This document shows, one piece after another, positions 27,208 through 34,935 of a DNA stretch of 64,000 nt. The position numbers were made by a program, and so were the translations under genes. Each line of letters begins with the position of its first letter. The stretch's first letter is position 1. Source of the DNA: a virus (Duplodnaviria > Caudoviricetes); IMG/VR virus record IMGVR_UViG_3300012952_000019, positions 1 through 64,000 of that record; one strand, given 5' to 3'. The notes beneath the pieces were generated by a model, which had not been told where the DNA came from, did not search any database, and saw nothing but the letters and a program-made list of their open reading frames with translations.

Positions 27208-27621
27208 ATGACTGTTAAATCTCTCAACTTTCAAGCAGGTAGTTCAGCAAAGGCAGAATACAGAAAACTTGACACTTATCAGAAATTAGTAGTAAATGCT
27301 ATTACAACTTATGGTAGTGGTAGTTGGAAAAATAACGTATCAGTCCATCATAAGCACGACCAGAGTCAATTTTCAAATATACTAATTGGTTCAGAAGTAG
27401 TTGCTAAAGTAGTTTACGAAACAGCACACGATGATATTTCTATAGAGGATTATAGAGATATTCATTTACATAAGTGTCTTTTAGCAAGTGTATCATATAT
27501 TGCATTTGGTCAGGATACAGATAATTACAGAGATTCACATCAAGTTGTAAGATATAGAAATATGCTCAAAAGGATGGGATTCACAATAATAAATGTAGCA
27601 AACAAGTGCATCCAGTATTAA
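27208..27621 (+). CDS. hypothetical early protein
   Basis: 137-aa single-gene cassette between two palindromes. Confidence 0.75.
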   Translation: MTVKSLNFQAGSSAKAEYRKLDTYQKLVVNAITTYGSGSWKNNVSVHHKHDQSQFSNILIGSEVVAKVVYETAHDDISIEDYRDIHLHKCLLASVSYIAFGQDTDNYRDSHQVVRYRNMLKRMGFTIINVANKCIQY

Positions 27622-27633
27622 GTCAAGTGATCT

Positions 27634-27692
27634 TGTGCCACTTTTATTAGTGGCACATAGTACCACTATTACCAGTAAAAATGGACTATACT
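27634..27692 (+). promoter_or_regulatory. palindrome plus early promoter (copy 8, perfect IR)
   Basis: TGTGCCAC-N8-GTGGCACA; TATACT at 27687. Confidence 0.85.
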
Positions 27693-27717
27693 TATTACAT
27701 AAGCAACTAAAGGACTT

Positions 27718-27864
27718 ATGACTAACTCTCAAAGATACAAAGCATTCCTTAGATGGGATGCAATGATTCAAAGACAACAGGCAAGAAAAGCAGGAAAAAC
27801 ACTTTCTCAACTTCATGCAGATAAGTGGTTCGATTCAAATTTCAAATTCATAGGAGACAACTAA
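27718..27864 (+). CDS. basic hypothetical early protein (48 aa, not in track)
   Basis: SD AAGGA; MTNSQRYKAFLRWDAMIQRQQARK... Confidence 0.65.
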   Translation: MTNSQRYKAFLRWDAMIQRQQARKAGKTLSQLHADKWFDSNFKFIGDN

Positions 27865-27865
27865 A

Positions 27866-28117
27866 ATGCACAACTTTAAAGAATTTCTTGATTATTGCGA
27901 ATCATTCTATAACCCTAGTCATCCTGACGTTTTATATCCTATCGATGGATTAACTAGGGAAGAGTTAGCACTTGCAACTTTAAACTATTTGGACTTATGT
28001 GCGACTAGTGAGAACATTACATGGGGAGACGGAGATTCACTAGATCGTGAGAGAGTCAGAGATTTTGTAATACAGAGGAGAGCAACAGAGCAAACAGCAT
28101 CAAAATTAGGATTTTAA
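27866..28117 (+). CDS. hypothetical early protein
   Basis: SD AGGAG; F.DYC.SFY...LYPI...WGDGDSLDRERVR. Confidence 0.75.
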   Translation: MHNFKEFLDYCESFYNPSHPDVLYPIDGLTREELALATLNYLDLCATSENITWGDGDSLDRERVRDFVIQRRATEQTASKLGF

Positions 28118-28120
28118 ATT

Positions 28121-28318
28121 ATGTTTCTAGTTACCAATATCGAAGTTTACGAAAATCTTGACGAGGACATTCAGTTTAAAATTGATAATGGTCTCGGTCT
28201 ATGGTCATCTAAAGACCATCAAATTGGGGAAGATGTAAGAAAATATATGTTACCTTATACTCTCAGAAAAGTAGAGTATGAAAAAAATAAACCACACAAA
28301 TTAACTTCTTTCAAGTAG
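28121..28318 (+). CDS. hypothetical early protein
   Basis: 65 aa; SD AGGA. Confidence 0.65.
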   Translation: MFLVTNIEVYENLDEDIQFKIDNGLGLWSSKDHQIGEDVRKYMLPYTLRKVEYEKNKPHKLTSFK

Positions 28319-28321
28319 TAC

Positions 28322-28380
28322 TGTGACAGTTTAATTACTGTCACACAGTATCACTATTATCCCTTAAAATCGATTATACT
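28322..28380 (+). promoter_or_regulatory. palindrome plus early promoter (copy 9, perfect IR)
   Basis: TGTGACAG-N8-CTGTCACA; TATACT at 28375; TATACTTATTACATAAGCAAC identical to copy 8. Confidence 0.85.
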
Positions 28381-28404
28381 TATTACATAAGCAACAAAGG
28401 AATT

Positions 28405-28875
28405 ATGACTAATCCAACTATCGAAGCACTAGTCCCAAACTGGACAGCAGATTATTGCGAAGCATTAACTCAAAATTACTTCAATTATCACGTTAGTTCA
28501 TTAAAGACTAACTCAGAGCGTTTTTCAAAACCTAACGGTAGTGTATTAGGTCATCGTCCAGATTTATCAGAATATGCGAAGTCACAACTAGCAGAAATTG
28601 AAAACGGAACAGCGAAGTTAATGAAGTTTAGAGCAATCGAAGGTAAGAAGTATTACAAAGTAGTTCAGCAAGAATGGGATGAAGATAGACAAGAATACAG
28701 AGACAGATCAGTAAATAGTTTTGTTGACAAGAAAACAGGCGAAGTATATAAAGCATCAAGTTGGAAGGCACCCGCAAAGGGAGTGAGATTTGATATGAGA
28801 ATCATCAATCAAAGAAATTTGATGCATAACCCAAATTATGTTGACTGGGCAAGTGGTCATCTTTACATACGATAG
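28405..28875 (+). CDS. conserved phage early protein
   Basis: KYYKVV...SV.SFVDKKTGEVYKA.SWKAPAKGVR motif of a widespread phage family of unknown function. Confidence 0.8.
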   Translation: MTNPTIEALVPNWTADYCEALTQNYFNYHVSSLKTNSERFSKPNGSVLGHRPDLSEYAKSQLAEIENGTAKLMKFRAIEGKKYYKVVQQEWDEDRQEYRDRSVNSFVDKKTGEVYKASSWKAPAKGVRFDMRIINQRNLMHNPNYVDWASGHLYIR

Positions 28876-28886
28876 GAGGTTAAAAC

Positions 28887-29042
28887 GTGGTTAAAATTGA
28901 AACCAAACATCACATAGTAGAATTTCACACTAAGAAGGATTCCAGGAAATTCTTAAAGAAAATCTACAAAAAAGGAATAACTCTCGATTATTATCTTTGG
29001 GAGTTTGACCTTACCACAGAATTATACGAAATAGGGGAGTAG
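28887..29042 (+). CDS. hypothetical early protein (51 aa, GTG start, not in track)
   Basis: SD AGGAGG; stop abuts palindrome copy 10. Confidence 0.65.
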   Translation: MVKIETKHHIVEFHTKKDSRKFLKKIYKKGITLDYYLWEFDLTTELYEIGE

Positions 29043-29101
29043 TGTGCCAGTACTTTTAGTGGCACAAAACTCTTTACAAGTATAGCAAAATGAACTATAC
29101 T
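29043..29101 (+). promoter_or_regulatory. palindrome plus early promoter (copy 10)
   Basis: TGTGCCAG-N8-GTGGCACA; TTTACA-17-TATACT (29096). Confidence 0.85.
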
Positions 29102-29126
29102 TATAATATAAGCAACAGAGAACTAA

Positions 29127-29357
29127 ATGAACTCAACAGCAACTTACACAGAACCAGTTAACAGAATCAAGCAGAAAGTTCTATTTGATTTTAACCTAGA
29201 TGCACTTTCATGCATATGTCATGACTGGGAAGATTTTACTATTGAAATCGCAGAGTGGGGAATCTACAAGTTAGCAGGAGTTGATTTTGATACATTAACT
29301 AAATCTGACATTGCTAGACTAGACCAGTTCATACACAATCAAAACGGAGGAGTATAA
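29127..29357 (+). CDS. hypothetical early protein
   Basis: 76 aa, first gene after the promoter. Confidence 0.7.
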   Translation: MNSTATYTEPVNRIKQKVLFDFNLDALSCICHDWEDFTIEIAEWGIYKLAGVDFDTLTKSDIARLDQFIHNQNGGV

Positions 29358-29359
29358 AA

Positions 29360-29542
29360 ATGAGTTGCATTCAAAACGAAACTATCCTAGAAAATCTTTA
29401 TGATGAAGTATGGGAAGAGTATAGAAAAGAGAACAATTTGACACTAGATCAAATGTATCACTTAGAGCAAGATGAAAATTCTGGTATTATGTCAATGCTA
29501 GGAGATCAAGCAACCGCACGTTTTGAGGACTTAATTCAATGA
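29360..29542 (+). CDS. hypothetical early protein
   Basis: SD GGAGG; MSC.QNE.ILE.LYDE...A.ARFED. Confidence 0.7.
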   Translation: MSCIQNETILENLYDEVWEEYRKENNLTLDQMYHLEQDENSGIMSMLGDQATARFEDLIQ

Positions 29543-29673
29543 ATAAAGACCTCTATGCAGAAATCGTAAAAGTTTACGAATCTACTGACGAAATCGAATC
29601 GACTGTAGCATTTGAATTTGGACTTAAAAACGATCTTTACTATTCACTTTTTCATTCCTATCAGGAGGACTAA
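29539..29673 (+). CDS. hypothetical protein (44 aa, not in track)
   Basis: ATGA overlap; SD GAGG. Confidence 0.6.
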   Translation: MNKDLYAEIVKVYESTDEIESTVAFEFGLKNDLYYSLFHSYQED

Positions 29674-29676
29674 CCG

Positions 29677-29841
29677 ATGACCAGAGCAGAATATGAGTTA
29701 TTATACTCAGCATTTAAAAGTTATAGACCATTTATGACGGATGCAGAGGAAGTGATGAGCGAGAAAATTCTTGATGACATTTTCTATCCATCATTTGATG
29801 CACTTAAAAATGTATCTGAACCAGAATTGCCAGTAGTATGA
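29677..29841 (+). CDS. hypothetical protein (54 aa, not in track)
   Basis: SD AGGAGG; MTRAEYELLYSAF... Confidence 0.65.
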   Translation: MTRAEYELLYSAFKSYRPFMTDAEEVMSEKILDDIFYPSFDALKNVSEPELPVV

Positions 29842-30053
29842 AAAACTACGATAAGAAAAACTCTAAAGAGAGAACATACAAGAGTTTTGAACAAATCGGT
29901 ATAGGAGACACCGTACGATATTTTAAAGAATATGGTCAAATCATCCTACGTCTAGATGAAACTAGGCAAGTTTATCTCACTAACGATAAACACTATATGC
30001 TTCCAATTAACTGGAAGAAAACTAAAGTAATTTCACTTATTAATGAGGATTAA
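29838..30053 (+). CDS. hypothetical protein
   Basis: ATGA overlap; IGDTVRY SH3/KOW-like start. Confidence 0.6.
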   Translation: MKNYDKKNSKERTYKSFEQIGIGDTVRYFKEYGQIILRLDETRQVYLTNDKHYMLPINWKKTKVISLINED

Positions 30054-30058
30054 CTAAA

Positions 30059-30283
30059 ATGAATCAACAGGAATTTATGACCGAAGTCTTAAGCGATTAT
30101 TGTGTAGTTGAAAAATTGCCCTTTATGTCAGCATCCGATATTTTGGTTATGTATCGCAGTATTCTTACAGAATCTCAAAGGGAGTGGTTACGCAATTATA
30201 TTGAGATCTGGGATATAATAGAAGAGAATGAAAACCAATCTAATGGAAGTGTGGATGCTCGCCCGATTTTTTCCTCTATATAA
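30059..30283 (+). CDS. hypothetical protein
   Basis: SD GAGG; 74 aa. Confidence 0.65.
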   Translation: MNQQEFMTEVLSDYCVVEKLPFMSASDILVMYRSILTESQREWLRNYIEIWDIIEENENQSNGSVDARPIFSSI

Positions 30284-30300
30284 AGTGTATAAACAGAATA

Positions 30301-30540
30301 ATGTCAACACACTTTCAATTAATTCCTTGGACTGAATTATGCCACGCTATTGACATGATAAGGTATGAAGAGGAAAATAAAGCAACTATGACTTATGAAC
30401 AGTTACAAAAGTTCCTGGAAACCCTAACACCAGAGCAATTAAAAAACGAGGTAGTCATATACGATAAGGATGTTGAGGACTATTGCAAAGCGGATGCAAA
30501 TTTGATAATCAAAAATGACAAAATTTACATAGGCATTTAA
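30301..30540 (+). CDS. hypothetical protein (may start at the internal MTYEQL)
   Basis: MTY.QL..FL..LTPEQL...V.IYD motif. Confidence 0.6.
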   Translation: MSTHFQLIPWTELCHAIDMIRYEEENKATMTYEQLQKFLETLTPEQLKNEVVIYDKDVEDYCKADANLIIKNDKIYIGI

Positions 30541-30544
30541 TCGT

Positions 30545-30793
30545 ATGACTCTCGACTATTACAACTTTATGAAAGGAGAACTAATAGAAGTAAAAAACGA
30601 TATAGGGAGAATAAATTTTATATGCGAAGAATACATAACAGTAACAACAAAGCATGAAAAGAACGATACATATAAGAAAGGATATAAAGAGACTAACGTA
30701 GTAGTAAGCAAGGCATATTGGAAAGAAATTAAATTCATTACAAGAGAACAACTATACAAAGTAACCAATAATGAACAACAGAGAGAACAATAA
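30545..30793 (+). CDS. hypothetical protein
   Basis: F.KGE.I....GRINFICEEYITV; strongly A-rich DNA. Confidence 0.6.
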   Translation: MTLDYYNFMKGELIEVKNDIGRINFICEEYITVTTKHEKNDTYKKGYKETNVVVSKAYWKEIKFITREQLYKVTNNEQQREQ

Positions 30794-30953
30794 ACCAATA
30801 CTTATGAAAACGTCCGCAGATAAGATAAAATACACTTTCACGGTACTCAAGTATATCATAATAGACTTATGGGAGTCAATAAGAATAAACAAATATTATC
30901 GGAAATCATTACCAGATGAATCAATATCGAAACCAAAAGAGGATATTAATTAA
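30771..30953 (+). CDS. hypothetical protein
   Basis: 60-aa ORF in the track; no motif recognised. Confidence 0.4.
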   Translation: MNNRENNKPILMKTSADKIKYTFTVLKYIIIDLWESIRINKYYRKSLPDESISKPKEDIN

Positions 30954-31011
30954 TATTAAAATAAATTAGGTAGTGTTGTTGTTATCGTTATTAATATGCG
31001 ATCTTAATACG

Positions 31012-31040
31012 GTCTTAGCGTGTAAATACATAAACGTCAA
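31012..31040 (-). promoter_or_regulatory. candidate minus-strand promoter
   Basis: Reverse complement TTGACG-17-TAAGAC, back to back with the plus-strand promoter. Confidence 0.4.
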
Positions 31041-31065
31041 GCATCTCTCATAAATCTTAACAAAC

Positions 31066-31094
31066 TTGACAGGCACAGAGATTTATGCCATAAT
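31066..31094 (+). promoter_or_regulatory. sigma70-like promoter
   Basis: TTGACA-17-CATAAT with TG extension. Confidence 0.7.
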
Positions 31095-31118
31095 AAGGTA
31101 TAACAGAAGTATGCCCAG

Positions 31119-31301
31119 TTGCCTATGATTTTACCAGGAAAGTTTAAAAGACTTGCCGAGGGTTATCCAAATTTAAAAAATACTGAACTTGTTGAATACT
31201 TCCAATTTCTTTTAGATACGGAACAGGTCACGGAGGAGACTCGGAGACATGTAGATTATTTTTTAATGGAAGGATTTTTGTACTATGTGCCAGTTGCATA
31301 A
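31119..31301 (+). CDS. hypothetical protein
   Basis: 60 aa after the promoter (ATG at 31125 is an alternative start). Confidence 0.6.
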   Translation: MPMILPGKFKRLAEGYPNLKNTELVEYFQFLLDTEQVTEETRRHVDYFLMEGFLYYVPVA

Positions 31302-31344
31302 GTGTCCACTAAGGGGTGCACACAGGTAACCAAAGGCTTATAAT
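31286..31344 (+). promoter_or_regulatory. palindrome plus early promoter (copy 11)
   Basis: TGTGCCAG-N8-GTGTCCAC; TATAAT at 31339 (29 nt gap). Confidence 0.75.
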
Positions 31345-31374
31345 AATAGTATACAAACAAAGGAACATTTAAAA

Positions 31375-31605
31375 ATGAATCTTACACCAATCGCTGCTAA
31401 TCAAACTGAAGTAGAGACAAAGAACGCTAGAGTATTTTTCAGTTATAGAACACCAGTTGCTGCTTATATCTTTGGAGAGGGATTTGTAAAAACTTCTACT
31501 TGGTATTCAACTACAACTAGCAGACATTTAAACAAGTGGATAGGCAGAGACATTGTAGACACAGTTAAAGAGGTTCCACAGGAGTTACTTGACAACCTAG
31601 TATAA
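31375..31605 (+). CDS. conserved phage early protein
   Basis: N.TE......VFFSY.TPVAA...YS.TTSRH.NKW family motif; SD AAGGA. Confidence 0.8.
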   Translation: MNLTPIAANQTEVETKNARVFFSYRTPVAAYIFGEGFVKTSTWYSTTTSRHLNKWIGRDIVDTVKEVPQELLDNLV

Positions 31606-31617
31606 GCATACTATAAT
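31589..31617 (+). promoter_or_regulatory. perfect sigma70 consensus promoter
   Basis: TTGACA-17-TATAAT. Confidence 0.8.
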
Positions 31618-31620
31618 ACA

Positions 31621-31645
31621 GAGGGCAGTTAAATGCCCTTTTTTC
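31621..31645 (+). terminator. intrinsic terminator
   Basis: AGGGCA-GTTAAA-TGCCCT plus T-run. Confidence 0.7.
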
Positions 31646-31781
31646 ATGCCGACAGTTAGCCGTTATTATGGTTATATTAAAATCGGCCACTACCCTAACC
31701 TACAAAGGTTCCCCAACGCAAGTTAAATATAAAAGCAAATAAAAAAAATCCCCAGTATAAAAAATTTCCCCAGAGGTAAAA

Positions 31782-31985
31782 ATGAACCCACAAGATGATC
31801 GTGTATGGTGTATTGAACAGTTAATACGTAAAGAGGGGTTCCTCGATAATAGAATGTATGAGTGTGCACAACAATGTGCTATATCTGGTAGACCTGAGAC
31901 TAAGGAAGAACTATATACATCATGGGAGTTATGGAAGAGTACACATCCAGACAATAATCCCTATAATCAGAGAAATAAACTATGA
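31782..31985 (+). CDS. hypothetical protein
   Basis: SD GAGG; 67 aa. Confidence 0.7.
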   Translation: MNPQDDRVWCIEQLIRKEGFLDNRMYECAQQCAISGRPETKEELYTSWELWKSTHPDNNPYNQRNKL

Positions 31986-32143
31986 GCAAACGATTCACTA
32001 CAAGGTTAGATGAAGACGATTACGGTGATCTTATCTTAACTATACCTTACGAAGTATGTGAAGAGCTTGGATGGGATACTGAATCTGAATTAGTATATGA
32101 CGCATCAGAGAATAAGTTTACACTGAAAAAATTAGAAGACTAA
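31982..32143 (+). CDS. AbrB/MazE-like small DNA-binding protein (53 aa, not in track)
   Basis: MSKRFTTRLDEDDYGDLILTIPYEVCEELGWDTESELVYD...FTLKK fits the swapped-hairpin pattern. Confidence 0.65.
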   Translation: MSKRFTTRLDEDDYGDLILTIPYEVCEELGWDTESELVYDASENKFTLKKLED

Positions 32144-32171
32144 ATAGCCGTGAGGCATTTCTGAAGTTACT

Positions 32172-32426
32172 ATGAGTTTTATTAAAGAACAAGTAAAAAG
32201 ATTTTTCACTACAGGTAAGTGGGCATTGAAGTTAATCTTCCTTGTAGTACTTGTTGAGTTAGGTATAGTTGTCGGTGCTATTGCAACTCAAGAGTTAGAT
32301 GAGAATGACAGCAATAACATCAAACACATCTTGTCGTTAGTTGCTACAAAGTCCTTTGCTTTATATGCAGCAGAGAAAGGTAATGGTAATGATCGGTATG
32401 TTAAACTTAAAGAATCTGAGGCTTAA
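32172..32426 (+). CDS. small membrane protein (late)
   Basis: Hydrophobic helix; CTAAATA at 32140. Confidence 0.65.
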   Translation: MSFIKEQVKRFFTTGKWALKLIFLVVLVELGIVVGAIATQELDENDSNNIKHILSLVATKSFALYAAEKGNGNDRYVKLKESEA

Positions 32427-32511
32427 GAGACTATTGCAGAGGTCTTTTCCGAATAAGAAGATAGTGATTACAGATAATAAGGATGGTTCTCAGACCATTT
32501 TGATTACTTAA
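32383..32511 (+). CDS. hypothetical protein (42 aa, not in track)
   Basis: MVMIGMLNLKNLRLKRLLQRSFPNKKIVITDNKDGSQTILIT fills the gap before 32530. Confidence 0.5.
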   Translation: MVMIGMLNLKNLRLKRLLQRSFPNKKIVITDNKDGSQTILIT

Positions 32512-32529
32512 CTTCCCGCGATCCACATA

Positions 32530-33138
32530 ATGCCGAGAATATTTGAATTATTTCCTACTCCTGTGTTTGAATCGGGGATTACTCCCTGTGAGGAGTGGGT
32601 GCGTTTCGCTTCCGAGACTCCATACGGGCGGTATCCACGTGACCCGAACTCGATTTCGATTGATAAGAACGTATTAGATAGTATTCCTGTACTAAAAGAA
32701 GAGATTACAAACGCTTGTAAGGTGTTTGCTTACGATTATTTGGGTGTGATGCAGCATAATGACATCTATATTAGTCGTTCGTGGTGTGTAAAACATAAAA
32801 AAGGGGACTGGGCGGGTCTACATGCTCATATAAACTCGATATGGAGTGGAATATATTACCTTAAGTGTGACGATCATAGTGGAAATTTAGTATTTGAGAA
32901 GAGTTGGGGACATAATACATGCTTTACTAGTACAATGCAACCTGATCATATGATTAATCATCTAAATCAGAACGCTTTTTCGTTTACTCCTGTAGATGGT
33001 AGTCTGTTAATCTTCCCTTCTCACCTTCAACATAAGGTATTAGAGAGTTCATCTGCAGATTTACGTTACTGTATTGCATTTGATGTTTACATAAAAGGAG
33101 AAATAGGTTATACTAATGGTAATGGTATTACCCTATGA
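32530..33138 (+). CDS. 2OG-Fe(II) oxygenase, TIGR02466-like
   Basis: LFPTPV, HAH.NS.WSGIYY, IFPSHLQHKV, RYCIAFD. Confidence 0.88.
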   Translation: MPRIFELFPTPVFESGITPCEEWVRFASETPYGRYPRDPNSISIDKNVLDSIPVLKEEITNACKVFAYDYLGVMQHNDIYISRSWCVKHKKGDWAGLHAHINSIWSGIYYLKCDDHSGNLVFEKSWGHNTCFTSTMQPDHMINHLNQNAFSFTPVDGSLLIFPSHLQHKVLESSSADLRYCIAFDVYIKGEIGYTNGNGITL

Positions 33139-33365
33139 GTATTAAAGAGTGTCCTAAGTGTGGTGCTTGTTGGATAGACAATCAATTATACTGGGCAGAT
33201 GGTAAAATGGCATGTCCACATGACTTAGCAGGTCTTGTTTGCAATTTACCTGACAAAGCACTCGAAGAAATGCCAAAGGGTGACTGTATAAACCCCTGTA
33301 AAGGAACCACAAGTGGCATAACATGGAAACATAGAGAGCAACTGTTGGATTTCTTTGATATATAA
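33135..33365 (+). CDS. Cys-rich small protein, possible Zn binding
   Basis: CPKCGA.W...DLAGLVCN...CINPC. Confidence 0.7.
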   Translation: MSIKECPKCGACWIDNQLYWADGKMACPHDLAGLVCNLPDKALEEMPKGDCINPCKGTTSGITWKHREQLLDFFDI

Positions 33366-33380
33366 ATTAAACTCTCCCAA

Positions 33381-33596
33381 ATGATCAACTTACGTGACAA
33401 AATTCTAGCGTCGCAAATCAGTTACTACCAAGGACTTATTTGTAAGCATCAGCAAAATGTTGAAATCTATCTTAACAACCCAGTTGGTATAGGTGAACAT
33501 CCTGATGTGATGGCTGCAATAGACCAAGAGATAGGTGCTATTGCTCAGAATCATGAAAAGATTGATATCATCAATCACTATTTCTTAAATGCCTAA
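33381..33596 (+). CDS. conserved T4-like hypothetical protein
   Basis: H..NVEIYL.NPVGIGEHPDV motif. Confidence 0.75.
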   Translation: MINLRDKILASQISYYQGLICKHQQNVEIYLNNPVGIGEHPDVMAAIDQEIGAIAQNHEKIDIINHYFLNA

Positions 33597-33855
33597 GTAC
33601 GAACTAGAAGGAGCATATGACGAACACTGGCAAGAACAATGGAAGTTCAACCAGACTGTTGGTAGTGCTTTGGAACAGATCGCAAATAGACTAACAGAAT
33701 TAGAGAAAAAGGTCTCAGAACTGCCTACAAGTGACAAAACTTTCTATAAACCGTATGGTTATGACGATTATTTGTCATTATACGACACTTTAGACGCTAT
33801 TTTTAAGCGTTTAGACAATTTAGAGGGCAAAAAACGCACTTTTGGTAAACTTTAA
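33589..33855 (+). CDS. hypothetical coiled-coil protein
   Basis: 88 aa; heptad pattern. Confidence 0.65.
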   Translation: MPKYELEGAYDEHWQEQWKFNQTVGSALEQIANRLTELEKKVSELPTSDKTFYKPYGYDDYLSLYDTLDAIFKRLDNLEGKKRTFGKL

Positions 33856-33865
33856 CACTATTTTT

Positions 33866-33970
33866 ATGAAAAAACCTAAAAAAACCCGTCAAGGGAACAG
33901 TATTTGCACAAAATATGCTGCATCTTCGCGGAATGGTAAAAGAAAGAAATATCGTGGGCAAGGTAAATAA
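33866..33970 (+). CDS. very basic 34-aa protein ending YRGQGK (not in track)
   Basis: MKKPKKTRQGNSICTKYAASSRNGKRKKYRGQGK; TAATG overlap with the next gene. Confidence 0.65.
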   Translation: MKKPKKTRQGNSICTKYAASSRNGKRKKYRGQGK

Positions 33971-34161
33971 TGGATGAAGTTGAAGAGTCTTGGAGCGAGT
34001 CTCGACTCAATAAACCAAAAAAATATCCGATGCCTTTATGGTTAACGGATGAAGAATTTGACAAAATGGTTGAATCACTATGGATCCGAAGGAAGTCGGA
34101 TCAGTTGTGTGAAAAATTATGGACTAGAATGAGTGCAATAAAAGATGTAGTGCGTGACTAA
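33970..34161 (+). CDS. hypothetical protein
   Basis: 63 aa. Confidence 0.6.
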   Translation: MDEVEESWSESRLNKPKKYPMPLWLTDEEFDKMVESLWIRRKSDQLCEKLWTRMSAIKDVVRD

Positions 34162-34186
34162 ATAATAATTAGTTAGATTATGAATC

Positions 34187-34516
34187 GTGACTTATCAGGC
34201 ATTACCCGAAGGACTGTACATTAAAGACTCCCCTATAGCAGGGCAAGGCATATTTACTAGTAAATCCCTTGAAGTTGGTACAGAATTAGGTATGTCTCAC
34301 ATAGTTATCGCAGATGAGATCATCAGAACTCCTCTTGGAGGGTTTATTAACCATAATGATGTCCCAAATTGCGAGAAATTATGTCCAAGGGTGGAAAAAA
34401 TGTATAATTTGACCAAAACCCATTATAAGTCAATAAAGAAATATTATGTAAAGGTAATAAAACCTATTGGTGAAGGTGAAGAATTATTCTTGAGTTACAC
34501 TTTCTATAAGGTATAA
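34187..34516 (+). CDS. minimal SET-domain methyltransferase
   Basis: S.IAGQGIF, GFINHN..PNC, I..GEELFLSY SET signature motifs; late promoter CTAAATA at 34158. Confidence 0.85.
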   Translation: MTYQALPEGLYIKDSPIAGQGIFTSKSLEVGTELGMSHIVIADEIIRTPLGGFINHNDVPNCEKLCPRVEKMYNLTKTHYKSIKKYYVKVIKPIGEGEELFLSYTFYKV

Positions 34517-34935
34517 TGGCAATTAAAGAGATAAGAGGATCTAAAGAGAACCTTTCAAGAGGTTTTAAGGACGTTGGTATTGGATTTTTACTTAATACGT
34601 TCACTAAAGATGCTGCAGTTGTTAAAGATGCGAATGCCATTAAACAAGCTATCAAAAATTTAGTGCTTACACAGCAGGGGGAAAAGTTGTTTCAACCTGA
34701 GATAGGATCTGGTGTATATGAATTACTCTTTGAACCTATGGATCCGTTTACAGCAGATTCTATTAGGGATGAGATAATAAATACTCTTGGTCAGTACGAA
34801 CCTAGAATTACCATATCAGAGGTAACTGTTCTAGCTAACGAAGAAACTAACCAATTTGATGTAACGGTTGAGTATAGAATTGTAGGTCAACCTATTGTGG
34901 AAACAGTCAATTTCATCTTGCAGAGACCTGAGTAA
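34516..34935 (+). CDS. gp25: baseplate wedge subunit gp25
   Basis: AIKQAIKNLVLT..GEK.FQP.IGS....LFE...I......EPRI family pattern; upstream of gp6. Confidence 0.92.
   Translation: MAIKEIRGSKENLSRGFKDVGIGFLLNTFTKDAAVVKDANAIKQAIKNLVLTQQGEKLFQPEIGSGVYELLFEPMDPFTADSIRDEIINTLGQYEPRITISEVTVLANEETNQFDVTVEYRIVGQPIVETVNFILQRPE

Noticed and set aside
27634-29066. Palindrome as a CRP, NtcA or sigma54 site
   Set aside because: CRP is TGTGA-N6-TCACA (here N14); NtcA is GTA-N8-TAC; TGGCAC lacks the sigma54 -12 TTGC and the promoters have sigma70 -10 boxes
16532-31344. Palindromic repeats as a CRISPR array
   Set aside because: Copies are degenerate, hundreds to thousands of nt apart, separated by genes and tied to -10 boxes; no cas genes
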